Assembly: GCA_964543385.1 (NCBI GenBank)
Contig: CAZIYE010000001.1
Coordinates: 240,001 to 272,000 of the forward strand
Source: an uncultured Candidatus Saccharibacteria bacterium
GTDB taxonomy: Bacteria; Patescibacteriota; UBA1384; XYA2-FULL-43-10; 1-14-0-10-43-13
DNA length: 32,000 bases
Direction: 5' to 3'
Shown: positions 24,359 through 32,000 of the stretch, one piece after another
Position numbering within the stretch: the first letter of the stretch is position 1
Layout of the letters: each line of letters starts with the position of its first letter
Position numbers and translations under genes: made by a program
The notes under the pieces: model-generated
What the model saw: only the letters and a program-made list of their open reading frames with translations
Told to the model about the DNA's origin: nothing
Database searches by the model: none

Positions 24359-25375
24359 CTAGTATCTTCCTACCTTGTTCCAGGCAAATCTTTGATGCTT
24401 CTTGATAGTTGCGGCGACCCTAAAAAGTGCATAAAAATATGAAATAATATTCATGATGTAAAATACTGGAAATAACAGGATATACGGTATTATCCACCAC
24501 TTTTTTTCAATAATTGAGATCAAAAAGGCACATACGTAGATTGTCGCAAACATCCCAGAAACGATATTTAAAATTATGGAAGGATAAAATATCGCAAGTG
24601 TCAATGAAGCTATCCAGATAAAATTATCCAGAAATAGGAAATTCAGTTCGAAATTATATTTAGAATTGATCTTGTGAAGTTTATGTTGAAAATAGTTCTG
24701 CCATGTACCCGTATTCCAGCGCAGAACTTGTCTCCAATAGTCTTTTATTGTGAGCGGGTCTTGAGTTACTACAATTGCCTTTGATACATAAACCACTTCC
24801 CCCAACTTTCTCTGATGAATCTGAATAGTGAGATCAAAGTCCTCGGTCAAAGTTCCATTTTTTAAATCTAGTTTTTTTAGTACTTTGCTGCTGTACATTG
24901 AGGCGCAACCAGGGGCAACGGTAATTACTCTGACAAAGTTCTGAGCATTTTTGTATACCCTATGAGAAAGCCCATACTCAAAGGTTCTAAATGCACTGAT
25001 AAGACCTTTTTTGCGAGACTTAACAGTCCCCACTATCAATGCAGGATTTTCAGCAAGATGAACTTTTATTTCCTCTAAAAAATTTGGGTCAAGCTCGCTA
25101 TCTGCATCGGAAAATAGCACATATTTGTATCGTTTGATCAGTTGATACTTGTCAATAATTTTCTCCTGAGCGAGAGCCTTGCCGTGGTTTTTGCCTAAAT
25201 CCAAAACAAATACTTCTTCCTTCCTTGCTAAACTCACTGTTCTATCCGTTGAACCATCGCTTACTACATAGATGTCCTTCTTATTAAAAATATTTTTTAA
25301 AGAACGCAAAGAAGAGGAAATAACCTTTTCCTCATTAAGGGCGGGTATAACCACGCAAAATTCTCTTTTGGTCAT
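24359..25375 (-). CDS. Family 2 glycosyltransferase, membrane-associated
   Basis: VVIPALNEEKVISSSLRSL, VVSDGSTDRTV, LFSDADSELDPNFL, GTLTEDFDLTIQIH, QVLRWNTGTWQNY; C-terminal TM helices. Confidence 0.93.
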   Translation of the reverse strand: MTKREFCVVIPALNEEKVISSSLRSLKNIFNKKDIYVVSDGSTDRTVSLARKEEVFVLDLGKNHGKALAQEKIIDKYQLIKRYKYVLFSDADSELDPNFLEEIKVHLAENPALIVGTVKSRKKGLISAFRTFEYGLSHRVYKNAQNFVRVITVAPGCASMYSSKVLKKLDLKNGTLTEDFDLTIQIHQRKLGEVVYVSKAIVVTQDPLTIKDYWRQVLRWNTGTWQNYFQHKLHKINSKYNFELNFLFLDNFIWIASLTLAIFYPSIILNIVSGMFATIYVCAFLISIIEKKWWIIPYILLFPVFYIMNIISYFYALFRVAATIKKHQRFAWNKVGRY

Positions 25376-25488
25376 TATTTATTTCTCAACTTTTTAATTA
25401 ATTTCGATGGTACAAAAATCACTCCCGCAAAAAAAGTAACCGCGAGGTGTCCCAAAAAACTTGGGCCAAATGCAAATGGAAAGTACAT
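25375..25488 (-). CDS. 37-aa predicted membrane protein (MYFPFAFGPSFLGHLAVTFFAGVIFVPSKLIKKLRNK)
   Basis: AAGGAG RBS 4 nt before ATG; stop TAA overlaps the GT2 ATG by 1 nt (TAATG). Not in supplied ORF track. Confidence 0.7.
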   Translation of the reverse strand: MYFPFAFGPSFLGHLAVTFFAGVIFVPSKLIKKLRNK

Positions 25489-25703
25489 GTTGCTCCTTCT
25501 TTATTACTACCTTATTTACTTGTAACGATTAAGAACTATCTTACTTTTACTGAATGGTTTTTTTAGTAGTAAATGTCCTAATCAAGCAATACTTGCAATA
25601 AGCTAAAGTTATATAAAATCACAATTACAAAATCTGGTTTTAAATGTAAAACAATAGCATAGGTAAAAATCCATACAATTAAATAACAAGCAAGGAAAGG
25701 AAA

Positions 25704-28349
25704 ATGAACAAAACGATTTTTAAATTTATTGTCATCTTCTCTGTTTTAACCTCTGGACTAGTACCGGCTCCATATTCGAGCAAGGCTAAGGCTGTAGAAA
25801 ACAATTTGGTATCCAACCCATCGGTTGAACAAATTGACAGCACCACCAATATCCCTGTCGGTTGGAAGAATGGTAATTGGGGTAGTAACATAACGTCCTA
25901 CTCGGTTAACTCCATCGGATATAACAGCGATAGAAGCCTTAGAGTAGATATCACCAATTATCAAGATGGTGATGCCAAATGGTATTTTGATAAGGTTACC
26001 GTTGATCCAACAAAAAAATATATATTCTCTGATTACTATCAATCTAATATATATAATGAAGTAGTTGCGGAACTAACAGATCTAAATAACAATGTTAGTT
26101 ACCAATGGATGGGCGGTTTACAGGCGAGCACAGACTGGACAAGATCATCGTTTGAATTCGATGTACCAGCCGGAACAGCCTACCTAACTATTTATCATTT
26201 AATTAATTCCAATGGATTTCTAACCACTGACAGTTACACAATAAATGAGGTGGTCAATGAAAATGCCACAATTACTGACAACGTACCAAATAATAGTTTA
26301 GAACAAATAAATTATCAGGATAATTCCCCTCTCTCTTGGAATAAGAATAGTTGGGGCACAAACACAGCTTCATTTGAATATTTAAACACCGGTCATACCG
26401 GTAGTAAATCAGCCAAAACTATAATATCTGACTATACTAGTGGTGATGCAAAGTGGTACTTTACACCTCAACAAATTGTCGGGGGAAAGACATATCAGTT
26501 TGCCGACTATTATCAATCCAGCATACCTTCACAGGTGATTCTAATGATCACCAAAAGTGATGGTAGCGTTGTATATCAGGAGCTAAAAAGCACCGAGCCA
26601 GCATCTGACTGGAAAGAATATAGTGATAATTTTAATATAGCTACCGATGTCTCAAACATATCGGTATTGCATGTTATTTCTGCATCAGGATTTCTCATAA
26701 CCGATGACTACTCTATTAAGGAAGTAATCCCTGAAAACGTTATCTATACCGATAATGTTCCAAATGCTGGGGCAGAGCAGGTTTCAGCAAATAGCAACTT
26801 ACCCCTAGCATGGAATAGCAACAGTTGGGGCACTAATACGGCTACTTTCGAATACCTAGATACTGGCTATAGTGGTGCAAAATCTCTCAAAACTAGCATC
26901 TCTGGCTACACAGATGGTGATGCTAAATGGTATTTTAATAAGATAGCCCTAAATCCTGCTAGATATACATTCTCTGATTATTATAAATCAGATGTGGCCT
27001 CTGATATCGTTGCCGAATTTGAAGATCAAAATGGCAATATCAGTTATCAATGGCTCGGGACATTTCCGTTATCAAGTGAATGGGCCGAGGCCTCTGTTAG
27101 CTTCGACCTGCCTAGCACAGCCAAATACTTTGCAATATTTCATCTTATTAGTCAAAATGGTTTCTTAATAACTGATGATTATTCGATCAAAAAATCAGAA
27201 GATCGATCTCCTGATTTAACTATCCCAAATGGCAATGTCGAGGAAGTTTCCACTACAGATATCCACCTTCCATCTGGGTGGTCGACAGACAAATGGGGTA
27301 CAAATACAGCTTCATTTGAGTATTTAAACACCGGATACAATAGTAACCGATCATTAAAAACCACTATTTCCGCTTACACGAGAGGTGACGCTAAATGGTA
27401 TTTCAATCACCAAAATGTTATACCGGGAACAACTTACCAATTTTCAAATTATTACCAGTCCGACATTCCCTCACAAGTAACAGTCGAGATAATAAAAGAA
27501 GATGGTAACTATGACTATCTGAACTTAAAGGTTGCCGAAGCATCGGCTACATGGCAGAAATACACCGATACCTTCTCGATACCACTTGGGGTTAGTCAAA
27601 TAACGATATTTCACTTTATCTCAGCAGTCGGTTTTCTTGTTACAGATAATTATTCGATAAATTCTTACCAGCCAACCAGTTTTAGCAGACCAATTGTAAG
27701 CTTAACTTTTGACGATGGCTGGGAGGATAATGTCACTACTGCTTTGCCGGTTATGACTCAATATGGGTTCAGATCAACTCAATATTATGCAACCACTTTT
27801 ATCAATAATAATCAGGCTGAGGCTGCCATCAAGATTGGCCAATTTGTCCTTGCGGGGCATGAAATTGGATCACATAGTATTACACATCCGGATCTGACAA
27901 CTTTAAGCGAGGCTGATTTAATTGCAGAGATAGCAAGTTCCAAGGCGACTCTAGAAGGAATTGCTGGGTTAGGCAATATCAAGGCATTTGCAACACCATT
28001 TGGTGCCTATAATGCAAATGTAGTTACGAAAATACTGGAATATTATGAATCCCATCGTAGTACTGACGTTGGCCTTAATACTAAAGATACCGCCAATATT
28101 GATAACATCCGGGTTAAGAATATGCTCTATAGCACCACTCTTGCAGAATATCAGTCATGGATCGACCAAGCTGTCCGTGATAATGCCTGGCTTGTCCTCG
28201 TTTACCATCGTGTTGCTGATAATCCTGGCGCTTATGATAGCTACATCTCGGATTTCGCCGCTCAAATGCAGTATGTTAACAATTCAGGGATAACCGTTTT
28301 GCCTGTCAGCGAAGCCTTAACCGAAATCACAACACAAATCACGCTATAA
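25704..28349 (+). CDS. Secreted multi-domain polysaccharide deacetylase (NodB domain) with four N-terminal jelly-roll/CBM-like repeats
   Basis: Signal-like N-terminus; C-terminal SLTFDDGWEDN, GHEIGSHSITHPDLT, FATPFG, LVYHRV match NodB motifs 1-4. Confidence 0.9.
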   Translation: MNKTIFKFIVIFSVLTSGLVPAPYSSKAKAVENNLVSNPSVEQIDSTTNIPVGWKNGNWGSNITSYSVNSIGYNSDRSLRVDITNYQDGDAKWYFDKVTVDPTKKYIFSDYYQSNIYNEVVAELTDLNNNVSYQWMGGLQASTDWTRSSFEFDVPAGTAYLTIYHLINSNGFLTTDSYTINEVVNENATITDNVPNNSLEQINYQDNSPLSWNKNSWGTNTASFEYLNTGHTGSKSAKTIISDYTSGDAKWYFTPQQIVGGKTYQFADYYQSSIPSQVILMITKSDGSVVYQELKSTEPASDWKEYSDNFNIATDVSNISVLHVISASGFLITDDYSIKEVIPENVIYTDNVPNAGAEQVSANSNLPLAWNSNSWGTNTATFEYLDTGYSGAKSLKTSISGYTDGDAKWYFNKIALNPARYTFSDYYKSDVASDIVAEFEDQNGNISYQWLGTFPLSSEWAEASVSFDLPSTAKYFAIFHLISQNGFLITDDYSIKKSEDRSPDLTIPNGNVEEVSTTDIHLPSGWSTDKWGTNTASFEYLNTGYNSNRSLKTTISAYTRGDAKWYFNHQNVIPGTTYQFSNYYQSDIPSQVTVEIIKEDGNYDYLNLKVAEASATWQKYTDTFSIPLGVSQITIFHFISAVGFLVTDNYSINSYQPTSFSRPIVSLTFDDGWEDNVTTALPVMTQYGFRSTQYYATTFINNNQAEAAIKIGQFVLAGHEIGSHSITHPDLTTLSEADLIAEIASSKATLEGIAGLGNIKAFATPFGAYNANVVTKILEYYESHRSTDVGLNTKDTANIDNIRVKNMLYSTTLAEYQSWIDQAVRDNAWLVLVYHRVADNPGAYDSYISDFAAQMQYVNNSGITVLPVSEALTEITTQITL
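25809..27662 (+). repeat. Four ~157-aa protein repeats (A-B-A'-B' arrangement)
   Basis: WKNGNWG, WNKNSWG, WNSNSWG, WSTDKWG spaced 158, 158, 156 residues apart; each contains DGDAKWYF and ends in TDDYSI-like. Confidence 0.9.
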
Positions 28350-28360
28350 TATACCATACA

Positions 28361-28388
28361 AAAACAGGCTAGATATCTAGCCTGTTTT
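28361..28388. terminator. Bidirectional terminator (perfect palindrome)
   Basis: AAAACAGGCTAGAT|ATCTAGCCTGTTTT, between convergent deacetylase and recO. Confidence 0.9.
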
Positions 28389-28417
28389 GTTGTATCAAAA
28401 GCTATTCTTTTATGTAG

Positions 28418-29158
28418 TCATCCTACCATCTTCAAGAACTTCTTGCTCTTCAGCTCTTGCTCCAGAATGTTTTGTATATACTTCGCCAATAATTCTTCCG
28501 CCTCGTATTGAACTTCCCCGCCAAACTTCAGTAAATTAATTCTCGCAAAATCATTCTTTTCTATAAATCTCAAAAGCTTGATTGTCTCATCTGAAATCGT
28601 ATGTCCGTGATGAAATTTTCCTTGGCAATTTTCGCAGATTATGCCACCCTCAATCGCATCCCAAAAATTTTTTTCTGGAGTTATTTTTTCCTTACAGTGA
28701 ATACAATTGTAGAGTTCGGGCTTAAAACCCAGTGCCTCTATCAACTTCAGTTCGAAAGCCCTTACAAAAATAAGTCTGTCTGTTTTTTCTAATGATTCAA
28801 GAGAGGAAACAAACAGAGCAAAAACATCATTTAATCTCTGTTCTTCTTGCAAAAATTTATCAATCAATTCTCCCAGAAAAAAGGCCTGTGCGGTTTTCCT
28901 GATATCTGTATGTATATTAGAGAAATCATTCTCTATTCGTGCACCTGTTACAGTATAAAAAGTTTTCCCTTCATAAAACTGCAGATCTAATAACATAAAT
29001 GGTTCTAGTGAACCGGCTAGATGAGACTTTATCTTTCTTATACCCTTTGCAATAACTTTAACTTTTCCAAAACGTTCAGTAAAAACAGTTAATATCTTAT
29101 CAGCTTCACCAAAATTAATCCCCCTCAAAACTATCCCTTTTGTTTTGTATGTTGCCAT
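28418..29158 (-). CDS. recO: DNA repair protein RecO
   Basis: YKTKGIVLRGINFGEADKILTVFTERFGKVKVIAKGIRK; C-terminal Cys cluster CIHCKEKIT...CENC; usual start MATYK. Confidence 0.93.
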   Translation of the reverse strand: MATYKTKGIVLRGINFGEADKILTVFTERFGKVKVIAKGIRKIKSHLAGSLEPFMLLDLQFYEGKTFYTVTGARIENDFSNIHTDIRKTAQAFFLGELIDKFLQEEQRLNDVFALFVSSLESLEKTDRLIFVRAFELKLIEALGFKPELYNCIHCKEKITPEKNFWDAIEGGIICENCQGKFHHGHTISDETIKLLRFIEKNDFARINLLKFGGEVQYEAEELLAKYIQNILEQELKSKKFLKMVG

Positions 29159-29204
29159 ATTAGAAAAGGATAACAAAAGACGAGATAAAAGAGAAATTAT
29201 TTGA

Positions 29205-29960
29205 CTACTGATTGCGCCGCTGTAATATTTCTTCAGCTTTTTTTAGTTGCTCAGGATTATTTATACCGAGACCCTCACCAATCTCAGAGACAGGAATACA
29301 TAAGACTTTTTTGTTTTGATTTGCAGCAATTTTTATCATGTCGGTTAGGTAATATTCCCCTTGAGCATTATTGGTGCTCAATTTATCATAATTACCCCAA
29401 AACCAATCAGCATCAAAGATATAAAAGCCAGGATTACACTCCTCGATATCTAGTTGTTCCTCACTGCAATCTTTTTGCTCAACAATATCAACTACATGAT
29501 TGCTTTCATCCTTAATAATTCGCCCAAAAGCCCAAAATCGAGGATTATTAAAAACTACCGAAAGCATAGCTATTGTAGGCTTCTCCTTTTCATGGAGATC
29601 AATCAGCCTCCTAACAGTTTCCGGTTTATACAATGGATTGTCGCCATAGAAGACTATTATAGATTCTGCTTTGCCTTTAAGCACACTCCTTGCTTGGGCT
29701 GCTGCATGGCCAGTACCAAGTTGTTGTTCTTGCACTGCGTACTCAACTTCGTCGCCAAAATATTCTTCAATAAGCTCTTTTCTATATCCCACAACCAAAA
29801 CAACCTTTTTTATGCCAGCATCTTTTATTAATTTGACGCTATGATATATCACTGGCTTTCCAGCCGCCTCAAACATAACTTTTGGAATTGGCGAGGCTAC
29901 ACCCTCATTCATTCTAGTCCCCTTGCCCGCAGCAAGTATTACAGCAGCATATTTCTCCAT
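29205..29960 (-). CDS. Sugar nucleotidyltransferase, GlmU N-terminal (UTP-GlcNAc-1-P uridylyltransferase)-like, without acetyltransferase domain
   Basis: AAVILAAGKGTRMNEGVASPIPKVMFEAAGKPVI, YAVQEQQLGTGHAAAQA, FYGDNPL, EYYLTDMI; ORF ends at ~250 aa. Confidence 0.9.
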   Translation of the reverse strand: MEKYAAVILAAGKGTRMNEGVASPIPKVMFEAAGKPVIYHSVKLIKDAGIKKVVLVVGYRKELIEEYFGDEVEYAVQEQQLGTGHAAAQARSVLKGKAESIIVFYGDNPLYKPETVRRLIDLHEKEKPTIAMLSVVFNNPRFWAFGRIIKDESNHVVDIVEQKDCSEEQLDIEECNPGFYIFDADWFWGNYDKLSTNNAQGEYYLTDMIKIAANQNKKVLCIPVSEIGEGLGINNPEQLKKAEEILQRRNQ

Positions 29961-30028
29961 GCGATGCTCCTTGATCTTAAAATTAGTTAACGATTCGAGT
30001 ATAGCAAAAAATTATTATAAAACGAAAG

Positions 30029-30059
30029 GGCGAAACACCTATTTTAAAGGTGTTTCGCC
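30029..30059. terminator. Intrinsic terminator
   Basis: GGCGAAACACCT...AGGTGTTTCGCC, T-rich tract on the minus strand downstream. Confidence 0.8.
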
Positions 30060-30065
30060 GGCCAT

Positions 30066-30371
30066 TCACCAAGCATAGTGAGCTCGTGTCCCCCTTTTTT
30101 TATCTTGTCCCTTGCAAATAGCAAAGAGCTGACGTGCAAACAGGATTTCGATAGTCGAAAAATCTGTAAGCTGTGCGACTAAATCCTCTTGGCAAGTCGC
30201 ACCATGATTGATCAAATTGATCACCTGTTGGGCCTTTTCGCCCAATAGAACGATCTGACCAACCGCATGAGGTCTTCTGGATTCTGGTAGCCCCATGATG
30301 GAAGCCACAAGATCAGCAGTTGCATTATCAAGCATCGATGCTTCCCCTTCTCTGCTATCTGGTTCGGACAT
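30066..30371 (-). CDS. Hypothetical protein, 101 aa
   Basis: AAAGGGGGG RBS 7 nt before ATG; terminator immediately after stop. Confidence 0.75.
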   Translation of the reverse strand: MSEPDSREGEASMLDNATADLVASIMGLPESRRPHAVGQIVLLGEKAQQVINLINHGATCQEDLVAQLTDFSTIEILFARQLFAICKGQDKKRGTRAHYAW

Positions 30372-30400
30372 AAAATGTCCCCCCTTTTGTTTGATATACT

Positions 30401-30460
30401 GAGATCCGATAGCTACCTATCCGATCTCTCCAGACAAACAAAAAACTGGCCCAAGCCAGC
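30401..30460 (-). promoter_or_regulatory. Structured leader upstream of the 101-aa gene
   Basis: Minus strand: CTGGC-TTGG-GCCAG-TTTTTT, then a 12-bp stem with one mismatch GAGATCGGATAG/CTATCGGATCTC, then the RBS. Confidence 0.5.
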
Positions 30461-30599
30461 TATTTATTCACTATTATTAATTTATAATTCGACTACACAA
30501 AAAATGCCGGCTTTACCAGATAATCAGATTGCCACCACCAATTTTGTGAATGATTAATCATTTCTAATATATTAACATAAGCGATAATAATTTAAAAAG

Positions 30600-30630
30600 T
30601 GGGTGGGGCCGCTTATTAGGCGGCCACCCG
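30600..30630 (-). terminator. Hairpin downstream of the 87-aa gene
   Basis: GGGTGGCCGCCTAATAAGCGGCCCCACCC on minus strand (stem with bulge), weak U-tract. Confidence 0.5.
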
Positions 30631-30644
30631 GTCGAAAGAATGTC

Positions 30645-30908
30645 TTAATTGCATAATGCAATCCTCTGACATTCAAGATGATGGATTGGATAGTCCTTCA
30701 TCAGAAAATAATAACGAGTTATCGCCTTGAGGCGCTCATTCAAGATGATGCCACACCGAGCAAATGCGTCAAAAGCATCACTTTCGCTTGATGCAGCAAG
30801 AACAACTGGGGGTAAGAATTCTTTGGCTAATGCCATTAACTCTTTGCCGCTAATAACCGACCTATCCTTGGAAGAACGATCAGGACGGCAGAAATAGCTA
30901 CTCATCAC
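30645..30908 (-). CDS. Hypothetical protein, 87 aa
   Basis: AAAGGAG RBS, TATAAT at 30937-30932 (minus) upstream, hairpin downstream. Confidence 0.7.
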   Translation of the reverse strand: MMSSYFCRPDRSSKDRSVISGKELMALAKEFLPPVVLAASSESDAFDAFARCGIILNERLKAITRYYFLMKDYPIHHLECQRIALCN

Positions 30909-30939
30909 ACAGCTCCTTTGGGGTTTTTGGTATTATACA

Positions 30940-30961
30940 GCGACTTGCATAAGCAAATCGC
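30940..30961. promoter_or_regulatory. Operator-like inverted repeat overlapping the promoter of the 87-aa gene
   Basis: GCGACTTGC-ATAA-GCAAATCGC (8 of 9 Watson-Crick positions) directly next to the -10 TATAAT. Confidence 0.4.
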
Positions 30962-30973
30962 CATAAATAACAA

Positions 30974-30994
30974 AAAATCTGGCCTTTTGGCCAG
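30974..30994 (-). terminator. Intrinsic terminator
   Basis: Minus strand CTGGCC-AAAA-GGCCAG-ATTTTTTG. Confidence 0.8.
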
Positions 30995-31160
30995 CTTTGT
31001 TAAATTTTTTTTATAACTTTATGAACTTTTAATTAAAAATTGCTGGCCTTTGGTCAGATGTAAAGTAAAAGTAAAACCAGTTTTTAGTAGTAATAATATT
31101 CATCGATATAATCAATCTAGCAAATCATCATTTTGATGTCAATTAAACAGCTTGGGTGAC

Positions 31161-31196
31161 GGGAGAGTGCTGTATACATGTTGCCAGCACTCTCCC
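31161..31196. other. Long hairpin downstream of zinc-ribbon gene pair
   Basis: GGGAGAGTGCTG...CAGCACTCTCCC 12-bp perfect stem, no poly-U. Confidence 0.7.
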
Positions 31197-31201
31197 CGAC
31201 C

Positions 31202-31360
31202 TTACATTTGAATTGTCGCCGGATCCTTTAGGCACTTGCCCTTAGGATGATGGCGACGGCACTTGGGACACCACACGGGGATGTCCACGCCATCAGATGG
31301 CGTTGAGGGGGGAATCCATGGTTGCCGCTTTCGCGGCATCTCAGAGGGGGTTGTCGGCAT
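31202..31360 (-). CDS. 52-aa Cys/His-rich small protein (...VWCPKCRRHHPKGKCLKDPATIQM)
   Basis: Starts 4 nt after the stop of the 143-aa ORF; CPKCRRHHPKGKC motif; stop just before the hairpin. Start redefined from the track ORF 31202..31459. Confidence 0.6.
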   Translation of the reverse strand: MPTTPSEMPRKRQPWIPPSTPSDGVDIPVWCPKCRRHHPKGKCLKDPATIQM

Positions 31361-31364
31361 GATT

Positions 31365-31796
31365 TCACTCCAACTGATAAGAGGTGTAGCCCACCTCGGC
31401 GATACGGCGGGGAACGACGTCCCACGAGTTGGGACAGACAGTGCACTGGTAATGACCATTGCTGGTCATGATACCATTGTTCGCGCGACACTCAGTGCAG
31501 TACCTGTCGGTCAATCGGAACTTCTCACCATTTCCGATAGCATAGGCCGGGAAACGATGCCCGAAGATGTTGGGGAATACCGTTCCTCCGAAGAGACGGA
31601 CGTTGATGTGACCGTCACTGGTTTCTACGAAGGCGTCAGGGATGACCAGCATCCTGAGATGGCGATTGTGCATCCATGCATTAGTCATTACCAATTCCGG
31701 TATGTTAGGAAGACAGTCATTGAAACGCTCCCCAGAGCGAACGATGATCGAGCCGATCGGTTTGATACGGCTCTTAGGGCGGTGACGATTCGGCAT
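31365..31796 (-). CDS. 143-aa zinc-ribbon-containing hypothetical protein
   Basis: CTEC...CTVC pair; AAAGGAG RBS upstream of ATG; high-GC codon usage. Confidence 0.65.
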   Translation of the reverse strand: MPNRHRPKSRIKPIGSIIVRSGERFNDCLPNIPELVMTNAWMHNRHLRMLVIPDAFVETSDGHINVRLFGGTVFPNIFGHRFPAYAIGNGEKFRLTDRYCTECRANNGIMTSNGHYQCTVCPNSWDVVPRRIAEVGYTSYQLE

Positions 31797-32000
31797 AACA
31801 GGACTCCTTTGTCAGGGGATTTGACGAACAAATTCGTCTATATGAGGTATATAGCAAAATAAGCAATAAATCAAGTTATGAGATAATTATTGCTTATGAC
31901 AATTCTTTATCGAGTTCACTAAATTTATTACCTGCCAAAAATTGGTTTGAGATTATCTGTGTTACTTCCTTGCCAAATCATTTAGGAATCTCAAAATTTC

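Noticed and set aside
28045-28293. 82-aa plus-strand-reported ORF within the deacetylase gene
   Set aside because: Lies inside the NodB domain coding region; the NodB frame is strongly supported.
29201-29831. Plus-strand ORFs 29201..29515 and 29454..29831
   Set aside because: Antisense to the GlmU-like nucleotidyltransferase; no RBS or family features.
30550-30563. Palindrome AATGATTAATCATT
   Set aside because: AT-rich 14-mer in an AT-rich intergenic region; likely chance.
31263-31862. 199-aa plus-strand ORF
   Set aside because: Antisense to the zinc-ribbon pair, which has CxxC motifs, an AAAGGAG RBS and downstream hairpin; the long open frame is probably a by-product of high GC.
1-32000. 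CRISPR arrays, tRNA or rRNA genes, transposases
   Set aside because: No direct-repeat/spacer pattern, no cloverleaf with GGTTCRANNCC, no rRNA or transposase motifs noticed; tRNAscan-SE, Infernal and ISfinder would be needed to be sure.
31850-32000. Possible C-terminal fragment ...FGKEVTQIISNQFLAGNKFSELDKELS* on the minus strand
   Set aside because: Only ~27 codons after an in-frame stop and cut by the window end; cannot be supported.
1-32000. Alternative genetic code (UGA = Gly, as in SR1/Gracilibacteria)
   Set aside because: TGA is used as a stop at plausible gene ends (e.g. 31365, 8275), and conserved proteins translate fully under the standard bacterial code.

Overview
The window looks like a low-GC genome fragment, probably from a Candidate Phyla Radiation (Patescibacteria)-type bacterium. 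That assignment is an inference from gene content and style, not demonstrated. The backbone is a compact minus-strand division/cell-wall (dcw) cluster: mraZ - [~340 nt non-coding] - ftsL-like - ftsI - murF-like - mraY - murD - ftsW - murG - murC - murB - ftsQ - recJ. At their usual positions rsmH, murE, ddl, ftsA and ftsZ are missing. Flanking genes are glyQS, a GT2 glycosyltransferase with a coupled 37-aa membrane ORF, a secreted polysaccharide deacetylase with four ~157-aa repeats, recO, a GlmU-like uridylyltransferase, ABC-F, msrB, a T4 EndoV-like glycosylase, an HD phosphohydrolase and a cytochrome-b5-like membrane protein. Several single genes with visibly higher-GC codon usage (nitronate monooxygenase-like; GNAT + amino-acid-kinase-like fusion; small orphans; zinc-ribbon pair) sit in this backbone, bounded by terminators. 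The strongest non-coding signal is upstream of the GNAT/kinase gene. It has a strong promoter, a possible 14-aa leader ORF at +1, and two successive terminators, each with an upstream segment that could form a competing antiterminator (tandem attenuator candidate). Other points are an MraZ-box-like triple repeat at the mraZ promoter and a 4x7-bp tandem repeat inside murD. No tRNA, rRNA or CRISPR array was recognised. All work was by eye; no database or folding program was run.
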